Source: Candidatus Latescibacterota bacterium (GTDB lineage: Bacteria > Latescibacterota > UBA2968 > UBA8231). From it: a stretch of DNA of 64,000 nucleotides. The stretch lies in NCBI GenBank assembly GCA_965248355.1, contig OZ252098.1, forward strand, positions 4,448,001 to 4,512,000. Reading direction: 5' to 3'. Shown here one piece after another: positions 55,930-64,000 of this stretch. The number at the start of each line of letters is the position of its first letter. The first letter of the stretch is position 1. The translations under genes were made by a program, and so were the position numbers. Under the pieces are notes generated by a model that saw only the letters and a program-made list of their open reading frames with translations, ran no database searches and was not told where the DNA came from.

Positions 55930-57906
55930 TCAGTAGAGCATGGGGATGATGTTGCCCACCGTGCCGGTGAAGCCGTCCACCACCAGCCAGAAGCCGGCGA
56001 TGACCAGCTGCCCCAGGATCAGCCCCATGAAGAAGGGCTTGGTGCGCTCGTAGGTCGCGGCCCCGCCGAAGCGCAGCACCGCCCTCTTGATCAGCCACGC
56101 GAGCCAGATCGACGACCACAGCACGCTCATGGTCCACCCCGGGGCGACGGCAAAGCCGAGGGGGTGCAGGGGCCAGCCGGCGAAGCGTTGCCGGGCGACC
56201 ATCAGGCCCGCCATCACCACTCCTCCGCCCAGCATCCACAGATAGCCGGTGATGCTCGGCCCGGCGGGGTTGTCGAGCTGGTACAGGGCCTGCGCCGCCG
56301 GGTAGCGGGGGAAGCTGCCGAAGAACTCGCCGCTCAGGTTGACGCCGCCGTGGTGGTAGGCCAGCCGCATGGTGAACCACACCGACACGGCCAGAGTGAC
56401 CACCATGGCCAGGGCGATGGCGGCCAGCAGGCGGCGCCGGTTGCCGGAGGTCTCGCTGCCGAGGCGCACGGCATTGGCCAGGGGCGCCATCATGAAGACC
56501 AGCAGCTCGCCGCTCCAGACCAGGGTCTGACCCACGGCCAGCAGCCCGGCGGGCCCCAGGGCCGGCCCGCCGACGGTGGAGACCACGAAGCCGGCCGGCA
56601 CCATGGCCGGCGAGATCGTCGGGACCCCGCCCTCGGCCACGGCCCGCGTCAGCCCGGTGAAGATGACCAGCGCCCCCAGCACGAAGATCGGCGCCACCCA
56701 TCCCGGCATCCCCGCCTGCCACAGCCACACCGTCATTCCCGCCATCCCCGCGGCGCAGCCGATCACGGCGCCGCGATAGGACAGGATCTCGCCGCCGTCA
56801 TCGATCCGCGGATCCCCGGAGGTCTTGCGCCACACGTTCCGCAGGTGGCCGCGGGCGTACCAGATCCCGGCGCCGACGAGCACGAGCAGGGCCCCCATCC
56901 CCTGGTTGCCGAGGACCGGCTCCGTCCAGTAGCCCAGGCCGGCGTGGGCGGTGTCGACGCCCATCGTGTGCAGCAGCCGCCTCTCGACCGCGACCAGCAG
57001 GTAGAAGAACCACAGGCTGAAGGCGATGCTGGTGTTGATGAAGTAGGCGAAGCCCACCATGAGGAAGTTGAGGCCCAGGCGCACGGAGACCCCCGGCACC
57101 AGGTCGATGCTGGTGGACAGGTAGGCCGCCGGCACCTCGGGCAGGTAGTGCTGCAGCCCCTGCAGACCGCCCACGAAGACGGGCACGGCGAAGCCCACCC
57201 ACAGGGCCGGCCGCCGGAACAGGTCCGGCAGGATGGCGCCCCGGTCCTGCCGGAACAGCTCCAGCGGCACCTGGGCCATGGGGAAGGGCAGGCGCTCGTA
57301 GTCCACCCACTGGCGCCGCAGGACGGCCATGACGCAGACCAGGGTCAGGTAGAAGGCGGCGTAGAACCCCAGCCACCCCAGCAGCACCGGCATCCAGGCG
57401 CCCCAGGGGACCGGCATGCCGCCCTCGTAGAGCCCCCGCACCGCCTCCGGATCGCCCATGAGCGTCCACTCCGCCACGTGCGGATGGAGCCGCTCCGCCC
57501 ACCCGTTCTCCGGCGTGGCGTAGTAGTAGATCCCCGTGACCAGGGGCAGGAGCATGCCCGTCACCCCCCGCGTCGGGATCGCCGAAGCGACCATCATCAT
57601 CACCATGGCCGTGATCAGCTCCCCCCGCGTGAACCCCCAGGTGCGCCGGCAGCACTTGAGCAGCACGTGGACGAGCAGGAGCACGAAGAGCAGGAAGAAG
57701 GCCGCCGGCGTGGAGGAGGAGAACCCCATGGGCGTGCCCCGCAGGAGCATGGTCGTGTACGGGGCCCCGACGCCGATGACCGCGCACAGGAGGCAGCCCA
57801 CGGCGATCCCCCGCAGGGTGACGGCGGACTCCGGGCCGGTGGGGGCCCGGGTGAGTTCGCGCTCCTGGAGGGCGGAGTGGTAGTCGGGGGGGATGTTGCG
57901 GTTCAT
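55930..57906 (-). CDS. polytopic membrane protein (DUF6785/DUF6784-type, putative transporter)
   Basis: RRQWVDYERLPFP, WPLHPLG, PFFMGLILG motifs; many TM segments. Confidence 0.75.
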   Translation of the reverse strand: MNRNIPPDYHSALQERELTRAPTGPESAVTLRGIAVGCLLCAVIGVGAPYTTMLLRGTPMGFSSSTPAAFFLLFVLLLVHVLLKCCRRTWGFTRGELITAMVMMMVASAIPTRGVTGMLLPLVTGIYYYATPENGWAERLHPHVAEWTLMGDPEAVRGLYEGGMPVPWGAWMPVLLGWLGFYAAFYLTLVCVMAVLRRQWVDYERLPFPMAQVPLELFRQDRGAILPDLFRRPALWVGFAVPVFVGGLQGLQHYLPEVPAAYLSTSIDLVPGVSVRLGLNFLMVGFAYFINTSIAFSLWFFYLLVAVERRLLHTMGVDTAHAGLGYWTEPVLGNQGMGALLVLVGAGIWYARGHLRNVWRKTSGDPRIDDGGEILSYRGAVIGCAAGMAGMTVWLWQAGMPGWVAPIFVLGALVIFTGLTRAVAEGGVPTISPAMVPAGFVVSTVGGPALGPAGLLAVGQTLVWSGELLVFMMAPLANAVRLGSETSGNRRRLLAAIALAMVVTLAVSVWFTMRLAYHHGGVNLSGEFFGSFPRYPAAQALYQLDNPAGPSITGYLWMLGGGVVMAGLMVARQRFAGWPLHPLGFAVAPGWTMSVLWSSIWLAWLIKRAVLRFGGAATYERTKPFFMGLILGQLVIAGFWLVVDGFTGTVGNIIPMLY

Positions 57907-58040
57907 GGGGGTTGGCGGCGGTTCGCGGCTCTACTTGTCAAGGGCGAGGCAGGTCCCGCAAATTAGCGCTTGGTTCAATCTTGATGGTACTGCCACGAAG
58001 GCAAGCGCGTTCTCCGGCGCGCCTCACGAGCCCGGATCCC

Positions 58041-59597
58041 ATGAGAGTTCACGCCAGGCGCCGGCTGCCGATCGGCATTCAGACTTTCCGCGAGATCCGC
58101 CAGGAGAACTACTACTACGTCGACAAGACCGCCTACCTGCGGCGGCTCGTCGAAGACGGCAAGCACTACTTCCTTTCCCGGCCGCGGCGCTTCGGCAAGA
58201 GCCTGTTCCTCGACACCTGCAAGGAGCTGTTCGAGGGGAACGAGCCGCTCTTCGAGGGGCTGGATATCCACCCCCGTTGGGACTGGTCGGTCCGCCATCC
58301 GGTCGTGCGCCTGAGCTTCGGCAGCGGCAACTTCAAGGAGCCGGGCTACCTGGAAAAGAACCTCATGGAGCAACTCGGGGCGGCCGAACGCCGTGCGGAG
58401 GTCGTTGCCGAGTACGCCACGGCGCCCGGGCGTCTCTCCTTCCTCCTGGAGACCCTGCACGAACGGGCCGGGCAGCCGGTCGCGGTGCTGGTCGACGAGT
58501 ACGACAAGCCGATTCTCGACGCCCTCGAGGAGCCGGAGATGGCCCGCGCCAACCGCGACTTCCTGCGCGGCCTCTACGCGGTCGTCAAGGACTGCGACGC
58601 CCACATCCGCTTCACCTTCATCACCGGGGTGAGCAAGTTCTCCAAGGTCAGCCTGTTCTCCGGCCTCAACAACCTCTCGGACATCACCCTGGACCCGCGC
58701 TATTCCGCCCTCTGCGGCTATACCGAGGCGGATCTGGATGCGGTGTTCGCCCCCGAGCTTTCCGGCCTCGACCGGCACGAGATCCGCGACTGGTACAACG
58801 GCTACAGCTGGCTCGGCGACGACAAGGTCTACAACCCCTTCGACATCCTGCTGCTGTTCGACAGGCGCCGCTTCGGCGCCTGGTGGTTCGAGACCGGCAC
58901 GCCGGCCTTCCTGGTGGATACGCTGCTGGGGCGCGGGGTGAGCTCCGTTTCCCTGGACGGCATGCTCGGCAGCGACGCGCTGCTCTCCCGGTTCGACGTC
59001 GACGACATGGCGACCGAAGCGCTGCTGTTCCAGACCGGGTACCTGACCATTCACGCGGTCGAGCCCCGGGGCGGGAGGACCTTCTACCGGCTCGGCTACC
59101 CGAACCGGGAGGTCCGGCAGAGCCTGAACGAGAGCCTCCTGAACCAACTTGCCGGGGATTCAACCCGCGGCGAGGAGCACAGCGCCCGGCTGTACGACTT
59201 GCTGCTGGTCAACGACTTCGCCGGACTGGAGGCCCTGTTCCGTGCGTTCCTCGCCGGAATCCCCTACCAGTGGCACACCAACAACGACATCGCTGACTAC
59301 GAGGGGTACTACGCCAGCGTCTTCTACTCCTGCTTCGCCGGCCTCGGCCTCGATGTCATCGTCGAGGACAGCACCAGCCACGGACGCCTCGACATGGCGG
59401 TGCTGTTCAACGGCAACGTGTACCTGTTCGAGTTCAAGGTCGTGGAGCTGACGACGAAGGGTGCCGCCATGGCGCAGTTGAAGGAGCGGGGGTATGCCGG
59501 CAAGTACCGGGGCCGCGGCGAGCCGATCCACCTGGTGGCGGTGGAGTTCAGCCGCGAGAGCAGGAACATCGTGGCCTTCGAGGTGGAACGGACGTAG
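58041..59597 (+). CDS. AAA-ATPase-like protein with C-terminal PD-(D/E)XK nuclease domain
   Basis: LPIGIQTF, YVDKT, RPRRFGKS, LVDEYDKP, YNGY, YNPF, GRLD..FEFK, AMAQL..Y..KY. Confidence 0.9.
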   Translation: MRVHARRRLPIGIQTFREIRQENYYYVDKTAYLRRLVEDGKHYFLSRPRRFGKSLFLDTCKELFEGNEPLFEGLDIHPRWDWSVRHPVVRLSFGSGNFKEPGYLEKNLMEQLGAAERRAEVVAEYATAPGRLSFLLETLHERAGQPVAVLVDEYDKPILDALEEPEMARANRDFLRGLYAVVKDCDAHIRFTFITGVSKFSKVSLFSGLNNLSDITLDPRYSALCGYTEADLDAVFAPELSGLDRHEIRDWYNGYSWLGDDKVYNPFDILLLFDRRRFGAWWFETGTPAFLVDTLLGRGVSSVSLDGMLGSDALLSRFDVDDMATEALLFQTGYLTIHAVEPRGGRTFYRLGYPNREVRQSLNESLLNQLAGDSTRGEEHSARLYDLLLVNDFAGLEALFRAFLAGIPYQWHTNNDIADYEGYYASVFYSCFAGLGLDVIVEDSTSHGRLDMAVLFNGNVYLFEFKVVELTTKGAAMAQLKERGYAGKYRGRGEPIHLVAVEFSRESRNIVAFEVERT

Positions 59598-59598
59598 G

Positions 59599-60030
59599 CC
59601 CCGGCACCATGGCCGGCGAGATCGTCGGGATGCCGCCCTCGGCCGTGCCCCGGTGAGCCGGTGAAGATTGCCAGCGCCGCCAGCACGAAGATCGGCGTCA
59701 CCCATCCTGGCATCCCCGCCTGCCACAGCCACACCGTCATTCCCGCCATCCCCGCGGCGCGGCCAATCACGGTTGCCGAGGAGGCTCCGTCCAGTAGTCC
59801 AGGCCGGCGTGGGAGGAAGAAGGCCGACGGCGTGCCCGGGGAACCCCATGGGGTGCCGCGCAGGAGCATGGTCGTGTACGGGGCCCCGACGCCGATGACC
59901 GCGCACAGGAGACTGCCCAAGGCGATCCCCCGGAGGGTGACGGCGGACCCGCTGCCGGTGGGGCGCGGGTGGGCTCGCGCTCCTGGAGGGTGGAGTGGTA
60001 GTCGGGGGGTGTTGCGGTTCGTGGGGGGGG
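59599..60030 (-). pseudogene. fragmented duplicate of the 55930-57906 membrane-protein gene
   Basis: Three colinear blocks similar to ~56595-56768, ~56905-56948 and ~57692-57910, with large deletions; the start ATG corresponds to ACG here. Confidence 0.85.
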
Positions 60031-60153
60031 ATCAGAATGCCATACCGTGCATGTGGGGTGGGTGTCCGGCATCGCCAGTTGCCGCACGAGACGCTTCGTT
60101 TCCATCTTTCCTCGAGACATAGGCGGGTAAGCTACTCAACTACCGAGGTCGAG

Positions 60154-61263
60154 ATGAATCTGGAGGAAGTACTAAGGTCCGCGATCAAGCGTATACGCAG
60201 CGGCTCACTGGAAAATGAAGCGCAGGTGAAGCAGGCAGTGATCCTGCCAATCCTGCGCGCCCTCGGTTGGGACGATGCGGACCCGGCGGAGTTCAGGCCG
60301 GAGTATGCCGTTGACAATGGTCGGGTGGATTACGCAATGCTTGGAAAGACGGGAGCGCCGCTGGTTTTCATCGAAGCCAAAGGGATCGGCCGCGTGGACA
60401 TTTCGGGCGAGGAGCAGTTGTTCGGATATGCTGTGAACAAAGGCGTTCCGTTTCTTGTCCTGACCGACGGCGATATCTGGGGCTTCTATCTCAGCATGGC
60501 GGCAGGTGCCCCTGCCGAGCGACGGTTCTATCGGGCGGAACTGACCCGTGAAGAGAGGATTCCCGAGTACGCCCGCTTCCTGAGTACACATCTGCAGAAG
60601 AGCCGCGTCCTTTCTGGAGATGCCCGGCGTGCAGCGGAGCACTTGCTCGAAAGCAATCAGGATCGAGAGAAGGCGCGCGAGGCCATCCCAGGCGTGTGGA
60701 GAAGCTTGCTCGAGAGGCCAGACGACAGGCTCCGTGATTTGCTCATGGAGCAGGTAGCAAGTGAGTGTGGAACCATGCCGGAACAGGATGATGTGGAGTC
60801 CTTCCTGAAGGCGTGCCTCTCCGGTGGAGTGCCTGAGGTGCCCGATGCCCCCGCGCCTGTCACTAAGCCGCGGCCGAGGAAGTCCCCACCCGGACCTCAG
60901 CCAGCGACGTCGAGAGGAAGTGCGAAAATCACCGGGTTCATCTTCGAGAACAGAACCGTGGAGACCGGGGCCGCCTACCGCACTCTGGCAGAGGTGTTGA
61001 AGGAGTTCCATCGCCGCGATCCCCAATTCATGGAGCGCTTCGCGGCTCAAACGGTGGGCCGGAAGCGGCGTCTGGTTGCGCGCGACCGCAAGGACCTCTA
61101 CCCAGACGCACCTGACCTAGTAGAAACAAGCTCCCTGGATCTGGAGAATGGTTGGTGGCTGGGCCACAACCTTAGCGCCGATACCATCCGACGTAGAATC
61201 AAGACCGCTTGCGAGATCGCGGGCGTGAAGTTCGGATCCGAGTTGAAGCTGATCGAGTCGTGA
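60154..61263 (+). CDS. HsdR_N-type PD-(D/E)XK nuclease fused to a C-terminal SeqA-like domain
   Basis: NEAQVKQAVILPILRALGWD, PEY..RVDYA, FIEAK, Q.FGY, LTDG; Pro-rich linker; C-terminal GRKRRLVAR..GWWLGHNLS. Lower GC than the host genes. Confidence 0.7.
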   Translation: MNLEEVLRSAIKRIRSGSLENEAQVKQAVILPILRALGWDDADPAEFRPEYAVDNGRVDYAMLGKTGAPLVFIEAKGIGRVDISGEEQLFGYAVNKGVPFLVLTDGDIWGFYLSMAAGAPAERRFYRAELTREERIPEYARFLSTHLQKSRVLSGDARRAAEHLLESNQDREKAREAIPGVWRSLLERPDDRLRDLLMEQVASECGTMPEQDDVESFLKACLSGGVPEVPDAPAPVTKPRPRKSPPGPQPATSRGSAKITGFIFENRTVETGAAYRTLAEVLKEFHRRDPQFMERFAAQTVGRKRRLVARDRKDLYPDAPDLVETSSLDLENGWWLGHNLSADTIRRRIKTACEIAGVKFGSELKLIES

Positions 61264-61269
61264 GGGGCA

Positions 61270-62107
61270 GCAACCTACTGGACTGCCAAACCAACATCCT
61301 CGCCATCCTCATAGCTCTCGCCGCTGCTTCCAGCCAACGAGCGGCGGCCAGCGACCCCTCGCCCTCCGATCCCCAACGGACCCTGACCTGGCACCTGTCC
61401 GAGCACGTGACCGACAGCTACAGCGGCCAGAACGGCCTCACCCACATCGGCGCCGTCGGGGCCACCTGGCTGCTGATCGAATCCGGCGTCGACGCCGACG
61501 TCCAGGCCTGGGCGGCGCGGCACAGCGAGACCTTCTCCATAGCCGCCAGCGCGCCCGCCCTCATCGGCGGGTTCTTCGTACCCGTAGCCGTGCCGCTCTA
61601 CATGATGCGCTCCGACGCCACGCGCACCCGCGACGGCGGGATGGCCGCGGCCCAGGCGGTCCTCGTCAGCTTCGCCGCAACCAACCTGCTCAAGGCCGTG
61701 ACCGGACGTCTTCCCCCCAACGCCGAGATGCCCCGCGACCCCAGGATGCCGCGCGACGCCGACAGGCGCAGCCGGCGCTTCCGCTTCGGGTTCCTGCGGG
61801 GCGGCATCTTCCACGGCTGGCCCTCGGGCATACGATGACCAACATGGCCCTGGCCGCCTCCTTGAGCAGATATTACAGCGATTCCAGGCGGGTCCGGTAT
61901 TGTGGCTACGGCTTCGCCGCCTATGTCATGGCGGCGGCGACCATCGGGGACCAGGGCGGCGTGCACTGGCTGTCCGACGTGGTCGCGGGCGGCCTGATGG
62001 GCTGGGCCATCGGCAAGACGGTCGGCGAAGGCTTCGCGCGGGGGCGCCTGCAGCCGGTGGCCGCCCCCGGCCGTTGGGGACTGCAACTGACTTTGAACCC
62101 CGGGTAG
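61270..62107 (+). pseudogene. PAP2-family phosphatase, frameshifted
   Basis: K..TGR.PP, WPSG(HT) broken by a 1-nt loss near 61828, HWLSDV in the next frame. Start unclear. Could be a G-run sequencing error. Confidence 0.7.
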
Positions 62108-62154
62108 CGGCTGGCCGCGCACGGGCGTCGCACATCCGAGAGGGACCTCCGCGA

Positions 62155-63093
62155 ATGATTGGCCATGAGTGCAGATACGAGTGGTCCCGCGTCACCGGGC
62201 AAGCTGCATTCGAGGCTCGCGACGGTGCGGGCGCCCTGGTCTTCAGGGACAGAATGTGGCTGCTGGGCGGCTGGAATCCGGGGGACCAGGTCCACTTTCC
62301 CCTGATCTGCAACAGCGAGGTCTGGTCATCGGCCGATGGGGCCGCATGGGAGGGGAGGCATTCGGCGGGATACGTGGTCCATGACGGCCGGATGTGGATC
62401 GTGGGCGGCGACTGCAACCAGGGCCACTATCAGAGCGATGTCTGGAGCAGCGCTGACGGCATCCACTGGGATCTGGTGAATGACCGCGTGCCGTGGGCTC
62501 CGCGGGCGCTGCACCATACCCTGGCCTTCGAGGGCCGGATCTGGGTGATGGGCGGCCAGACGATGCCTGAATTCGCCGGCGGTGACGAGGTCTTCTACAA
62601 CGATGTGTGGAGTTCCACCGACGGGGTGGGCTGGACCCGGGTCACCGGGAGCGCTCCGTGGGCGCCCCGTGGGATGATCGGAGGAGCCGCCGTGCTGGGC
62701 GGCAGGATGTGGATCCTCGGTGGCGGCACGTACGATACCCCTGCAACACCGGTCCGGAAGTTCTACAATGACGTGTGGAGCTCGGAAGATGGGATTCACT
62801 GGGACCGGCACGTGGCACATGCTCCCTGGGCGGCCAGGCAGTACCACGAGGTGGCCGTCTTCGATGACCGCATGTGGGTGCTGGAAGGGTGGGCGGCCGA
62901 GAGCGGGAACCGCCGGGACGTGTGGCATTCGGCGGATGGCGTGGAGTGGACCGAGTTGCCCGATACCCCCTGGGCGGACCGGCATGCGGCGAGCGTTTTC
63001 GTCTACGAGGGGTCCCTGTGGATGGTGGCAGGGAACAACATGGAGCCGGACGTCTGGAGGCTGACGCGCGATGTTGGACTTCAAACCACCTGA
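62155..63093 (+). CDS. Kelch-like beta-propeller repeat protein
   Basis: Repeats of RMW..GG..DVWSS.DG..W..APW..R. Confidence 0.8.
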   Translation: MIGHECRYEWSRVTGQAAFEARDGAGALVFRDRMWLLGGWNPGDQVHFPLICNSEVWSSADGAAWEGRHSAGYVVHDGRMWIVGGDCNQGHYQSDVWSSADGIHWDLVNDRVPWAPRALHHTLAFEGRIWVMGGQTMPEFAGGDEVFYNDVWSSTDGVGWTRVTGSAPWAPRGMIGGAAVLGGRMWILGGGTYDTPATPVRKFYNDVWSSEDGIHWDRHVAHAPWAARQYHEVAVFDDRMWVLEGWAAESGNRRDVWHSADGVEWTELPDTPWADRHAASVFVYEGSLWMVAGNNMEPDVWRLTRDVGLQTT

Positions 63094-64000
63094 ACCCAAC
63101 ACGGCGGTGATCCGTATCGTACGAGCGGTGATGCCGTTGGTGAACCGCCTGCATCTGAAGGGCTTGACGCTGGATGTCGATGCGGAGTCGATGGCCCGGT
63201 TGCAGGCGGTACAGGGCCATTCCACGGTCCTGGCTCCCAACCATCCGGCCCACGAGGATCCCGTGGTCATGTTCCTGCTGTCGGGGCGGATGTCACAACC
63301 GTTCTACTACATGGCGGCCCGGGAGGTCTTCGACAGGGGCCGATTCGGGACTGTCAGATGCCGCCTGATGCAGCGGGTGGGCGTCTACTCGGTGGTGCGC
63401 GGCACCGCCGACAGGGATGCCTTCCGGACGACGCGGCAACTGTTGTTCGAGGGGGACCGGCCGATCGTCATCTTTGGAGAGGGGGAGATCTCGCGCCAGA
63501 ATGACACTGTCATGCGTTTCGAGAGAGGCCTTGTGCAGATGTGCTTCTGGGCCCTGGACGATATGGAGAAAGCGGAAGCCAACAAGCCGCTCTTTGTCGT
63601 GCCCGTGGGCATCAAGTACCACTACCCGCGAGACATGTGGAGTTCCATCGATGCCGCTCTCACGAGGTTGGAGAGGAACATCCTCCCCTCGGCCGAACGG
63701 ACGCCGGTGGAGCGCTACGAACGGTTGCGCCGCATCGGTATTGCGGTGTGCAGGACACTCGCTGCGGAATATCAGTACGAGATGGACGAAACCGTGTCCC
63801 TCGATGTACACATCGAGAGGTTGAAAGGCGCGATCCTGTCCCGTGCCGAAGGGATTCTGGGCATTCAGACGGAAGCCGACATACTCACACGGACTCGTGC
63901 GCTGAAGAACCTGGTGGATGCCCAGGTCCATCAGGACATTGAGGAGATGACGGAATACGAACGGAAGATACATGGAGAGCAGCTCCAGAAGTTCGAGCAG
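63071..64000 (+). CDS. PlsC-type acyltransferase, runs off the window
   Basis: MLDFKPP..APNHPAHED (HxxxxD), YMAARE, GVYSVVRG, IFGEGEI. Open to the window end; not in ORF track. Confidence 0.85.
   Translation, partial: MLDFKPPEPNTAVIRIVRAVMPLVNRLHLKGLTLDVDAESMARLQAVQGHSTVLAPNHPAHEDPVVMFLLSGRMSQPFYYMAAREVFDRGRFGTVRCRLMQRVGVYSVVRGTADRDAFRTTRQLLFEGDRPIVIFGEGEISRQNDTVMRFERGLVQMCFWALDDMEKAEANKPLFVVPVGIKYHYPRDMWSSIDAALTRLERNILPSAERTPVERYERLRRIGIAVCRTLAAEYQYEMDETVSLDVHIERLKGAILSRAEGILGIQTEADILTRTRALKNLVDAQVHQDIEEMTEYERKIHGEQLQKFEQ

Noticed and set aside
56595..59772. Possible diversity-generating retroelement TR/VR pair (repeat of 56595-56768 at ~59600-59772)
   Set aside because: Mismatches are not adenine-specific and include indels; no reverse transcriptase in the window. 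A decayed duplicate fits better.
61728..61760. 18-nt imperfect tandem duplication (MPRDPR-MPRDAD) in the PAP2 gene
   Set aside because: Only two copies; a local slippage event without evident function.

Overview
Very GC-rich bacterial chromosomal window. The gene repertoire (FlgD/CHU_C-tailed secreted proteins, a C-terminal TWGxIK-motif protein, tandem CRTAC1/ASPIC proteins, a DUF6785-type membrane protein) suggests an uncultured Latescibacterota-like organism; this taxonomy is inference only. Left to right: 3' end of a myo-inositol oxygenase; a decayed phoR/phoB-like two-component pair fused head-to-head with a TonB-receptor remnant; tsaC, a barrel-SppA fusion, a SelA-like PLP enzyme, TPR, 2x CRTAC1 and a PpiC isomerase; a minus-strand cluster of uncharacterised envelope proteins (putative outer-membrane protein, three discoidin/FlgD-Ig paralogs, a lipoprotein, a CBM9-like TWGxIK protein); two Tat-exported enzymes; a RelBE-type toxin-antitoxin pair; a ~14 kb aromatic amino acid super-operon; BatA/vWA and PTS IIA genes; a surface polysaccharide cluster with an IS630 inserted in a stop codon; sixA/manB; a DUF6785-type gene plus a shredded duplicate flanking an AAA/PD-(D/E)XK gene; and a lower-GC block with an HsdR_N nuclease fused to a SeqA-like domain. 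The best hidden signals are: (1) a 28-aa Trp/Phe/Tyr/Arg-rich leader peptide, missing from the ORF track, with promoter and terminator in front of trpE; (2) a full-length AroA homolog in which essentially all EPSP-synthase signature motifs are substituted; (3) the six-gene secreted-protein cluster; (4) the nuclease-SeqA-like fusion. No rRNA, tRNA or CRISPR array was recognised. All protein assignments come from motif recognition by eye; no database search was run.
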